64,000 bases of DNA from Roseibacillus sp. (GTDB taxonomy: Bacteria > Verrucomicrobiota > Verrucomicrobiia > Verrucomicrobiales > Akkermansiaceae), in assembly GCA_051251855.1 (NCBI GenBank), contig JBPOGI010000003.1, forward strand, positions 448,001-512,000, given 5' to 3'. Numbering within the stretch: the stretch's first letter is position 1; each line of letters opens with the position of its first letter. The notes beneath the pieces are model-generated. The model made no database searches and was not told the DNA's origin. It was given only the letters and a program-made list of their open reading frames with translations. The translations under genes were made by a program, and so were the position numbers. Positions 17,635 through 25,755 of this stretch are shown here, piece by piece.

Positions 17635-19549
17635 TTTTGGGAGGGTCGGTGGTGAGTTTTTTGAGGACGGCCAAGATTTCGGGGTCTTGGGCGGAGGTGA
17701 GGAGCTGGCTCGGGATGGCGGCGATTTCTTCGCTGGTGGGAGTGGGGTTGGCGAGGAAGGCGTTGAGGCGTTTGCCGAAGCCGATGCCGGATCCTTTTTG
17801 CACGTGGTCTTGGTGCGCCGGTTGGTTGAAGGTGAGGGTTCCGGCTTCGAGGGCGGGGCGCCAGTGGGGTTCGAGGGCGGCGGTGGTTTGCTCGAGGGCG
17901 AGGGTGATGGATTTGTCCAAGGGATGGTCGAGGGCGTTGAGGGCGGCGGTGAAGGCAGCGGGCTCGGGGATGAAGCCGGCGGAGAGGACGGCTTCCATGC
18001 GGGTGCGGGGGAAGGGATCGGCGGCGAGTTGGGCGAGGAGGGGGATGGGGTCGCTGAGTTGCGGGAACCAGTAACGCAGAATGCGGGCGGCGGTGGAACG
18101 GGCGTGGCCGTCTGAGGCGGCGATCACTTTTTGCAGGATGGCTTCGCTGACGCGCTCGACGTTTTGGCAAGTCCACATCGCTTCCACGAGGGTGTGGTCA
18201 TGGTTGGGGAGGGACGGGTCGAGATTTTTGGCCCAAGTCTCGACGGCGGCGAGGACTTGGTCGGGGTCGCGTTCGCTGAGTTCCTTGCGCGCTTGATGGC
18301 GGTTCCAGGCTTCGGGGCTGGCGAGTTGGGCGACGAGTGCGGTGAGGGGTTGGCCGACGAGTGGGGGCTTTTTGACCAAGGGGCTGCCGGTCTTGGTGAT
18401 GCGCCAGATGCGGCCGTGGCCGTTGTCGCGACGGGGGTCGCGAAAGTCGTGGTTGGCGTGGTTGATGATGGAGTTATACCAATCGGAGACGTAGACGGCG
18501 CCGTCGGGCCCCATCTTGACATCGACGGGGCGGAAGTTTGGGTGCTTGGATTGGATGAGGGGTTGGAGGACGTTGGCGCTGAAGCCGGCTCCGTTTTCGA
18601 TGAACTCGTAGCGCACGACGGAGCGGTCTTTGAAGCGGCCGGTGAGAAGTTGGTTGCGGAGGTCGTCGCCGATGTGGCTGCCGCGCGCGAGGTCGCCGCC
18701 GCATTGTTTGGTGGTGCTGATGAGGATGGGGACTTTGATGTTTTGCCCGCTGTTGCCGGTGGCGGGGGAGATGTGCATGATCTTGGGGTTGTTGACCATG
18801 AAGGATTGGCCCCAGTCGTCGAAGACGTGGCCCCAGGGATTGCCGCCGGTGCCGGAGCAGAAGACGCGCAGTTCGCCGGTGCGGGGGTTGTATTGATAGA
18901 TGCCGCCATTGAAGTTGCGGACGAGGCCGCGCGGGGTCTCGACCTGGGTGTGGAGGAAGATGCCTTCTTGAAAGTAGAGCCAGCCGCCGGGGCCGCGTCG
19001 CCAGGCGCTGATGGAGTGATGGCTGTCCTCGATGCCGAAGCCGGTGAGGGCGAGTTCTTTCTTGTCGGCGACGTCGTCTCCGTCGGTGTCCTGATAGAAA
19101 AAGACGTCGGGGGATTGCGCGATGTAGCAGCCGCCATTGGCGAGCTCGATGCCGGTGGGGAGGTAGAGGCCGTCGGCGAAGACGGTGGATTTGTCGGCTT
19201 TGCCGTCACCGTCGGTGTCTTCGAGGATGATGATTTTGTCGTCGGCCTTTTGCCCGGGTTTGAGCTGGGGGTAGGACCAGGAGCAGGCGACCCAGAGGCG
19301 GCCGCGGGAGTCCCATTGCATGTGAATGGGGTTTTCGATTAGGGGCTCGGAGGCGAAGAGGTTGGCTTGGTAGCCGTCGAGGAGGATGAAGTTTTCGAGC
19401 TCGGAGGCGGGATCATGATTGTGCATGAGCTCGAGGTCGGCGCCTTTGAGGTTGGCGGCCCTGATGCCGGTCGCGTCGGGTTTTTCGGCGGAGGAGAGGG
19501 GGGCGAGGGTGAGGAGGAGGGTGGTGAAGGTTGTTTTGAGAAGGGTCAT
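17564..19549 (-). CDS. PVC-type dehydrogenase-domain protein (beta-propeller + HEAT), apparently 3'-truncated
   Basis: Signal peptide; 'NPIHMQWDSRGRLWV', 'EDTDGDGKAD', 'NPWG', 'FRPVDVKMGPDGAVYVSDWYN', 'HGRIWRI'; no CxxCH or cupredoxin tail; ends in an aberrant 'QHRPPLPLRGQRRRQF'. Confidence 0.8.
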   Translation of the reverse strand: MTLLKTTFTTLLLTLAPLSSAEKPDATGIRAANLKGADLELMHNHDPASELENFILLDGYQANLFASEPLIENPIHMQWDSRGRLWVACSWSYPQLKPGQKADDKIIILEDTDGDGKADKSTVFADGLYLPTGIELANGGCYIAQSPDVFFYQDTDGDDVADKKELALTGFGIEDSHHSISAWRRGPGGWLYFQEGIFLHTQVETPRGLVRNFNGGIYQYNPRTGELRVFCSGTGGNPWGHVFDDWGQSFMVNNPKIMHISPATGNSGQNIKVPILISTTKQCGGDLARGSHIGDDLRNQLLTGRFKDRSVVRYEFIENGAGFSANVLQPLIQSKHPNFRPVDVKMGPDGAVYVSDWYNSIINHANHDFRDPRRDNGHGRIWRITKTGSPLVKKPPLVGQPLTALVAQLASPEAWNRHQARKELSERDPDQVLAAVETWAKNLDPSLPNHDHTLVEAMWTCQNVERVSEAILQKVIAASDGHARSTAARILRYWFPQLSDPIPLLAQLAADPFPRTRMEAVLSAGFIPEPAAFTAALNALDHPLDKSITLALEQTTAALEPHWRPALEAGTLTFNQPAHQDHVQKGSGIGFGKRLNAFLANPTPTSEEIAAIPSQLLTSAQDPEILAVLKKLTTDPPKNDETTIAQHRPPLPLRGQRRRQF

Positions 19550-19588
19550 GGGATGATGGGTAGAGGTGGTTTGGTTGCCGTTTTTTTA

Positions 19589-19757
19589 CCGCAGATGAAC
19601 GCAGATGCACCCAAGGGCATTTCAGACGCAGATTTGACGGGGTTGAAGTGATGGATTTTTTTACTCTGCTTGTTGAGTTATTTTTTGACCGCGAAACTTG
19701 CTAAAATTCAGACCAGCAGAAGTTGAGTTTCGCTGTTTTCGCAAGTTTCGCGGTCAA
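19589..19757. repeat. REP-like short repeats and inverted repeat
   Basis: CGCAGAT three times (CCGCAGATGAACGCAGAT...GACGCAGAT); perfect 17-bp inverted repeat TTGACCGCGAAACTTGC (19685-19701) / GCAAGTTTCGCGGTCAA (19741-19757). Confidence 0.65.
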
Positions 19758-19786
19758 CTCTTCAGAGCATGATGCGAATACGAGGA

Positions 19787-21019
19787 CTAGGGGATGATGG
19801 GTTTTGTGCTTTTGCTGGGGGTGAGGGTCCATTGACGGGTCTTGGGTTGGTGGGGTTGGCGCAGAATGGCTTCTTGTTGCTGGGCGAGTTTGTTGAATTC
19901 GGCTTGTTCGGAAGGAATGGATTTTCCGGAGGGGGAGCGGGTGCGTTCGCCGACGATGTGGACTTGGTTGAGGGCTTTCCAGTTGTAGAGGAATTGCAGG
20001 TTCTTGTCGTTGATGGCGGCGCGGAAGGCTTCGGCTTCTTGGTGGGCGGGGGAGTTGTCGATTTGCACGCCTTGGTGCCATTGCTCGTGGCTGGCGGTGG
20101 TGACTTCTTTGCCATCGACGGTGAGGGTGTAGTCGCCGGGGGCGAGGTTTTCTACGATGAGGGTATCTCGTCCATGTTTGAAGTAGGAGGGGGTGGTGTC
20201 TCCGGTGGGAGGCGGAGGGCTGGCGGGGGTGGTTTCGGTGACTTTGAAGGAGAGCGCCCCTTCGTCGGTTGAGATTTCGGTGAGTTCGGCTCCAAAGTTG
20301 GCGGCGGTATCGCTGGAGGCGTCGATGATGAAGACCCAAGGTTGGAGGGGGCTGTCGGTGAGTTTGGAGGCGATGAGTTTGGCTGCGGCCCAGTAGCCGA
20401 GGGGGGTGAGATGGATGCCATTAGTGGTGAGTTTTTGGTCGCCGATATTGTCCATGATGGCGCGACTGTCTTCGTAGAGGTCGATGAAGAGGACGCCTTC
20501 TTGTTCTGCGGTCTCCGCCATGGCGGCGGTGTAAGCGGCGAGGTCTTTGTTGCGGCCCTCGACGTTGGGGGTGGTGAGGCCGTGGTCTTCGTAGGCGATG
20601 GGAGAGACGAGGGCGATGCGGGCGTCGCTTTCGCCGTTGTAGGGTTGCCCTTTGTGAGAGGCGAGGAAGGCTTTGAGGTCGTTTTTGAAAGCGGGGATGC
20701 CGGGCTCGCCGGCGAAGGATTCGCTCATGCCGAAGCAGGCGATGATGAGGTCGGTTTTTTGCTCGGTGAGGGTGGTGGTTTCGGTGGGGAAGTTGGTGGG
20801 TCGGTCGCGCTGGGTGAGGGTGTCGCCGGCCCAGCCGAGGTTTCGGAGGGAAATGTCGGTGTGCTGTTGGAGGAGGGTTTCGAGGTAGCCGTGGATGCGC
20901 AGTTGGTCGGCGAAGGTGTTGCCGACGATGGCGATGTGGTCGCCTTCCTTGAGGAGGGGGTCAGCGTTGGCGGGAGCGGCGAGCAGGGTGGTGGCGATGA
21001 AGAGGAGAAGGGATTTCAT
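19787..21019 (-). CDS. secreted SGNH/GDSL-like domain protein
   Basis: ATG at 21019 (MKSLLLFIATTLLAAPANA signal); 'IVGNTFA', 'RNLGWAGD', 'FGMSES', 'NGIHL'. Confidence 0.8.
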   Translation of the reverse strand: MKSLLLFIATTLLAAPANADPLLKEGDHIAIVGNTFADQLRIHGYLETLLQQHTDISLRNLGWAGDTLTQRDRPTNFPTETTTLTEQKTDLIIACFGMSESFAGEPGIPAFKNDLKAFLASHKGQPYNGESDARIALVSPIAYEDHGLTTPNVEGRNKDLAAYTAAMAETAEQEGVLFIDLYEDSRAIMDNIGDQKLTTNGIHLTPLGYWAAAKLIASKLTDSPLQPWVFIIDASSDTAANFGAELTEISTDEGALSFKVTETTPASPPPPTGDTTPSYFKHGRDTLIVENLAPGDYTLTVDGKEVTTASHEQWHQGVQIDNSPAHQEAEAFRAAINDKNLQFLYNWKALNQVHIVGERTRSPSGKSIPSEQAEFNKLAQQQEAILRQPHQPKTRQWTLTPSKSTKPIIP

Positions 21020-21602
21020 GGGTCTTTGGAAAGTGGGTTTGGGAAAAGGGGCAGCTGTATTTTTACCGGAGAGGAGGAGCGGTCTTTCAACTCTTTCGGG
21101 CTGGAGATTCCAAGTGAGGAAGGAGTCAAGAGGTGAACTTTTCTGCTCCGATTTTTGCGGGGGAACCGAGACGAGCCTCACTTTGTGTTGGAGAAAACGG
21201 GGGGCATTAGGCTGCGCTCTGAACTGACTTCTGTTGCGTCGTGGCTGGGCTGGACCGAGTGTGGACGTCTGAAGTCTAACAGCACGGTGTTAAGGAGAAT
21301 TTTCGTGAGGCGATGTAAGAATCGGGAGCCCGGTCTTTTGAAGCCGCCCCATTGCATCGTCGTCAGTTGAGGGGAAGCCTGCTCACTTTCGAACCTATGC
21401 ATCCGCGGTCGTTTACCCGCCACCCCGAGAAGTAGGCCCAGTGATGGGTGTTTGAGGATGGTAGTGCTTTACTATTGTCAGATGAGGGGAAGTTGTGGAC
21501 GATAGGAACAATGAACTATTGAGCGGACCTTGCTTCTTTGCCGAGTTTTGGCTTGGTCGGGGATGGAGTTCTTCTCGTTCGTTCTTTTAACTTATTCGAT
21601 TC

Positions 21603-22787
21603 ATGCCGAACAACCACGATTCCAGGAGAGACTTTTTCAAGAAGACGGCAGCTGTTTCAGCCAATTTGGCAATGGCTCCAGCATTGTTGGCAGAGGGTGA
21701 GGTCTCTAACGAAGTTACTGCTTCTGTAGTAGATGAGGTTCAGCCAGAGTGGCGTAACAAGCAGGAGGGGATGAGTTATCGTATGCTTGGTAAAAGTGGG
21801 ATGATGGTCTCGGAGTTGGTGATGGGCACCTTCCCCTTTACCGAGCCTAAATACTTCCCAGCCTTGGATGCTGGGTTTGAGCGAGGGATGAACTATATCG
21901 ATACTGCTTCCGCCTACAGCAATGGCCTAGTAGAGAAGACGATGGGCTCTTACTTTCAGAAGAGTAAGAATCGGGACCAGATCTTTCTTTCGACCAAGCT
22001 TAGTGGTTACTACGGATTTTTGGACGGGACATTTAGAGAGATAGAGAGCGGTCTCTCAGAAACTAAGAAAAAGGAGCTGCGCAAGAAGGCGGAGGAGATG
22101 ATCGAGGAGCGCGGAGTGCTCAAGCCGGGCTATCACATGGACTATTTTGGTGGGCAAGCGGGTCAGTTTGGTAAGAGCTATTTTCGACACTTGATGCTGC
22201 AGGAGCAGGGTTACAAAGCGGGTTGGCGTAAGAAGATCAAGGAACGAGCCGATAGGCTCTTGGGGGAGTCGTTGAAGCGTCTCCAGACCGACTATGTAGA
22301 TGTGCTGCATTGCCCGCATGGCGTGGCGATGCCCGAGATGTTAGAAGATGATTTGATTTCTGAAATTTTCGGAGAACTCAAAGAGAAGGGGATGATTCGT
22401 GCTGCGGGGGTGTCGTTTCACAATGATGTCGCGGCGAATTTGTCAAAGGTGATTGAGGTGGGCTATTATGATGTTGCGATGTTTGCCTACAATATTGCCA
22501 ATCATGCCGCTCTAGAGACGCTCATGTTTAAGGGTAAGCAAGCGGGCTTGGGAATGATTGCCATGAAAGTGGCGAAGCTCTTCACTTTTGATGATCCGCC
22601 TGTCTGGAGGCAGGAGAAGCTGGATCAAACGATTCCGGATGAGGAGCTGTCAGTATTTTCGAAAGCTTATTTGTGGGCTTTGCAGAACCCCCATCTCTCT
22701 TGTTGTGTGTCTCAAATGGAGACGGCTGAGATTGTGGCCGATAACTTTCAAATCGTTGGGAAAAAGGTGAAGGTCCTGCCGGTCTGA
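21603..22787 (+). CDS. aldo/keto reductase with Tat signal peptide
   Basis: 'SRRDFFKK' twin-arginine motif; 'YRMLGKSGMMVSELVMGT', 'NYIDTASAY', 'LSTK', 'SLKRLQTDYVD', 'GVSFH', 'IAMK'. Confidence 0.88.
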   Translation: MPNNHDSRRDFFKKTAAVSANLAMAPALLAEGEVSNEVTASVVDEVQPEWRNKQEGMSYRMLGKSGMMVSELVMGTFPFTEPKYFPALDAGFERGMNYIDTASAYSNGLVEKTMGSYFQKSKNRDQIFLSTKLSGYYGFLDGTFREIESGLSETKKKELRKKAEEMIEERGVLKPGYHMDYFGGQAGQFGKSYFRHLMLQEQGYKAGWRKKIKERADRLLGESLKRLQTDYVDVLHCPHGVAMPEMLEDDLISEIFGELKEKGMIRAAGVSFHNDVAANLSKVIEVGYYDVAMFAYNIANHAALETLMFKGKQAGLGMIAMKVAKLFTFDDPPVWRQEKLDQTIPDEELSVFSKAYLWALQNPHLSCCVSQMETAEIVADNFQIVGKKVKVLPV

Positions 22788-22892
22788 GATTCGCCATCGG
22801 TGACTGGTTAGCTTTAGAACTCCCGAATCTTGGTAGGCGCATTGGGTGGGTTCTTTTCTTGTTTTAGCGCCAGATTTTCCAGACCGTTAACT

Positions 22893-24404
22893 ATGTTATT
22901 ACTTCGAGTGGCACTGGGGATTGTTCTGACGAGTGGTCTTTGGGCAAAGAGTGAGCAGGGGGAGGCTGTGAGCCCTCCTCCAAATATCGTGCTTATCATT
23001 GCTGACGACTTGGCGTGGGATGATTCGGGTCCTTATGGGCATCCTAGCTTGCAGACTCCTCATTTGAGTCGTCTTGCAGCGGAAGGAATGCTTTTTGAGA
23101 ATGCCTTCTTGACCGCTTCCTCTTGTTCTCCGAGTCGATGCTCGCTCATCACGGGGCGTTATCCTCATCAAACGGGAGCAGAGGAGTTGCATTGGCCTTT
23201 ACCAAAGGAGCAGACCACCTTTGTTGAGAAACTGAAGACTGCTGGTTACTGGACGGCTGCAGCAGGGAAGTGGCATCTGGGTGATGCGGTGAAGGACCGT
23301 TTTGATGTCGTCCGCGAGACCGATACTTCCGGATTTCAATTGCCCTCGGGTGATGCGGCCAAGGACGGAAAATTTATCGAGACAATGGAGGGTGAAGCGC
23401 AAAGTGGTTGCATTGATTGGGTGCCCCTTTTGAAAGAGCGGCCGCAAGACCAGCCTTTCTTTCTCTGGTTGGCAGCTCTTGATCCTCATCGCCCTTATCA
23501 CGAAGGGATCATCGCGGATCCTACCGACCCTGCCACTGTTCGGCTTCCTCCCTATCATCTCGATACCCCAGAAGTGCGCCGAGACTTTGCGCTCTACTAC
23601 GACGAGGTTATCCGTCTCGACAAGTATGTAGGGATGGTTCTCGAAGAATTGGATGCTCAGGGAATCTCTGAGAATACTCTCGTTATTTTTATTTCGGATA
23701 ATGGTCGTCCTTTCCCGCGAGATAAGACGACGATTTATGACTCGGGAATACGGACTCCTTGCCTCGTGCGTTGGCCCCAGGTGGTGCCGAAGGGAGTGGT
23801 GACTTCAAGTCTGCTGAGTGCGATCGATTTTGCATCTACATTCCTGGATGTTGCGGGGGTTGAGGACCCTGGACCAACGTTTCAAGGAACGAGCCTTTTA
23901 CCCATCTTTAAGAATTCCAAGGCCGTGGTGCGTGACGTTGTTTTTGCGGAACAGAACTGGCATGATTATGAGGCCCACGGGCGAGCTGTTCGCGATGAGC
24001 GATTCAAATATATTAGAAATTCCTATCCAGATCTTCCTTTGACTCCTTCTGCTGATGGGGTGCGTTCCAGGACGTTTCAACAGATGATTGAGTTGCATAA
24101 GGAGGGCAAGTTGACGACGGCACAGACGGTCTATTTTGAGGTGCCTCGTCCAGCCGAAGAACTCTATGATTGTGTGGCAGACCCTTATGAAATTGAGAAT
24201 TTGGCGAGTCAGGAGGAGTTCAAAGAAGACAAGGAGCGGCTTTCGAAGCGATTGGATGATTGGGTGAAAGCAACGGGGGATAGCGTTCCTGAATTACGCA
24301 CCGCCGATGAATTCGATCGGCTCACAGGTTTGCCTACTCCCGCAAGAGTGCGCCCGCGTTTGTCCAAAGCGGAAATGGTAGCCAAGGGGCTAGTTGCGCC
24401 ATGA
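22893..24404 (+). CDS. secreted S1 sulfatase (sulfamidase-like)
   Basis: 'PNIVLIIADD', 'CSPSRCSLITG', 'GKWHLG', 'DPHRPY', 'SDNGRPFPRDK', 'EELYD'. Confidence 0.92.
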   Translation: MLLLRVALGIVLTSGLWAKSEQGEAVSPPPNIVLIIADDLAWDDSGPYGHPSLQTPHLSRLAAEGMLFENAFLTASSCSPSRCSLITGRYPHQTGAEELHWPLPKEQTTFVEKLKTAGYWTAAAGKWHLGDAVKDRFDVVRETDTSGFQLPSGDAAKDGKFIETMEGEAQSGCIDWVPLLKERPQDQPFFLWLAALDPHRPYHEGIIADPTDPATVRLPPYHLDTPEVRRDFALYYDEVIRLDKYVGMVLEELDAQGISENTLVIFISDNGRPFPRDKTTIYDSGIRTPCLVRWPQVVPKGVVTSSLLSAIDFASTFLDVAGVEDPGPTFQGTSLLPIFKNSKAVVRDVVFAEQNWHDYEAHGRAVRDERFKYIRNSYPDLPLTPSADGVRSRTFQQMIELHKEGKLTTAQTVYFEVPRPAEELYDCVADPYEIENLASQEEFKEDKERLSKRLDDWVKATGDSVPELRTADEFDRLTGLPTPARVRPRLSKAEMVAKGLVAP

Positions 24405-24549
24405 GCTGATCGCTTTCTTAATCGGTCTTTTTTGCTTGGTTCGGGTTGCTTGGCAGTTGAGTGGCTTAAGTCACTCTCCGCAGATGCGGAAGTGGATAGC
24501 CAATCTTGTTCTCTGGCCAGAAAGGGGCTAGCTTCGAATCGAAATCACC

Positions 24550-25674
24550 ATGAAGAAGACCTTATTATCTCTCGCTGTCGTTTCTCTAGGCTGTCTCTGC
24601 TCGCTCACAAGCCTGCATGCAGAAATCAAGTCTGCGGACTCCCAGGCGGTGGCCGTAGAGCTCGGTTCTCTTCGCAATGCCAAAGTGGCGATCGAGATGA
24701 CGGATCCTAAAACGGAGCTCACTTATTTTGCGGGGTCGATGCCAAAGGAGGACCAAGCAGAGCTCGCTCGAGTCGCCCCCAACGTTCGTATTATTACGGG
24801 ACTCTCCGGGAAGGAAGCTTTGGCGCGGGCTGAAGAGGCTGATGCCATTGATGCCAAATATGCGAATCCTGAGTTCTTAGCGAAGGCGACTAAGCTGCGC
24901 TGGGTTCAGGTGCAGAGTGCAGGGGTCGACCGTTATATTTCGATTAAGCCTTTGATGGAAAATGATGATATCGTGTTGTCGAACTTTCGTGCGGTGCATG
25001 GTCCCTCCATTGCAGATCATGCGATGGCGATGTTGCTTTCCTTAACTCGCAACCTTGATTTCTACGCTGCTGCTCAGCGAGAAGGAAAGTGGAAGAGAGG
25101 GCAGTCTCCAAAGAAGACGATCGCTCTCGAGGGGAAGACGATGTTGGTGGTCGGATTGGGAGGAATTGGTTCTGAGATTGCGCAAAGGGCTCATGGTTGT
25201 GGGATGCGGGTGATTGGAACTCGCCGCAGTGATACTCCTTCTGCTGATTATATTGAGCGCGTGGGTAAGCCGGACGAATTGTTAGAAATGCTTCCGGAAG
25301 CAGATGTGGTGGCGCTTGCCGTTCCTCTCGTTCCGGCGACCGAGAACTTGCTCAATGCCAAAGCCTTTGCCGCGATGAAGCAGGGTTCCTATCTCATCAA
25401 TATTGCCCGAGGAAAAGTGGTGAATACGGAAGCGATGATGGAGGCCTTGAAGAGTGGTCAATTGGCTGGCGCTGGTCTTGACGTTACCGAGCCGGAACCT
25501 CTTCCTGAGGGGCACCCGCTTTGGAGTATTCCGAATGTAATTATCACTCCTCATATCGCAGGTAAGTCGGAGGTGACCAATCAGCGTCGTTCCGCTCTCA
25601 CTGTTGAAAATCTCCGTCGCTTTGGTGCTGGAGAGCCTTTGCTGAACGTGGTCGATAAAGAGGCAGGTTACTAA
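24550..25674 (+). CDS. D-2-hydroxyacid dehydrogenase family protein with signal peptide
   Basis: 'SAGVD', 'VVGLGGIG', 'LINIARG', 'GLDVTEPEPLP', 'TPHIAG'; Sec-like N-terminus. Confidence 0.9.
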   Translation: MKKTLLSLAVVSLGCLCSLTSLHAEIKSADSQAVAVELGSLRNAKVAIEMTDPKTELTYFAGSMPKEDQAELARVAPNVRIITGLSGKEALARAEEADAIDAKYANPEFLAKATKLRWVQVQSAGVDRYISIKPLMENDDIVLSNFRAVHGPSIADHAMAMLLSLTRNLDFYAAAQREGKWKRGQSPKKTIALEGKTMLVVGLGGIGSEIAQRAHGCGMRVIGTRRSDTPSADYIERVGKPDELLEMLPEADVVALAVPLVPATENLLNAKAFAAMKQGSYLINIARGKVVNTEAMMEALKSGQLAGAGLDVTEPEPLPEGHPLWSIPNVIITPHIAGKSEVTNQRRSALTVENLRRFGAGEPLLNVVDKEAGY

Positions 25675-25755
25675 AGTGGCGTAGCCTTCCTGGGCTCGCG
25701 CGCGACACGTGCCGTGCTTTTGCGTGAAGGAGTTCAGGCTGAAGCCTGAGGCTCG

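Noticed and set aside
16237..19342. Long plus-strand ORFs (16237-17655, 472 aa; 18131-19342, 403 aa; also 17507-18115)
   Set aside because: Antisense shadows of well-supported minus-strand genes, caused by C-ending codon bias; G/V/D-rich with no motifs
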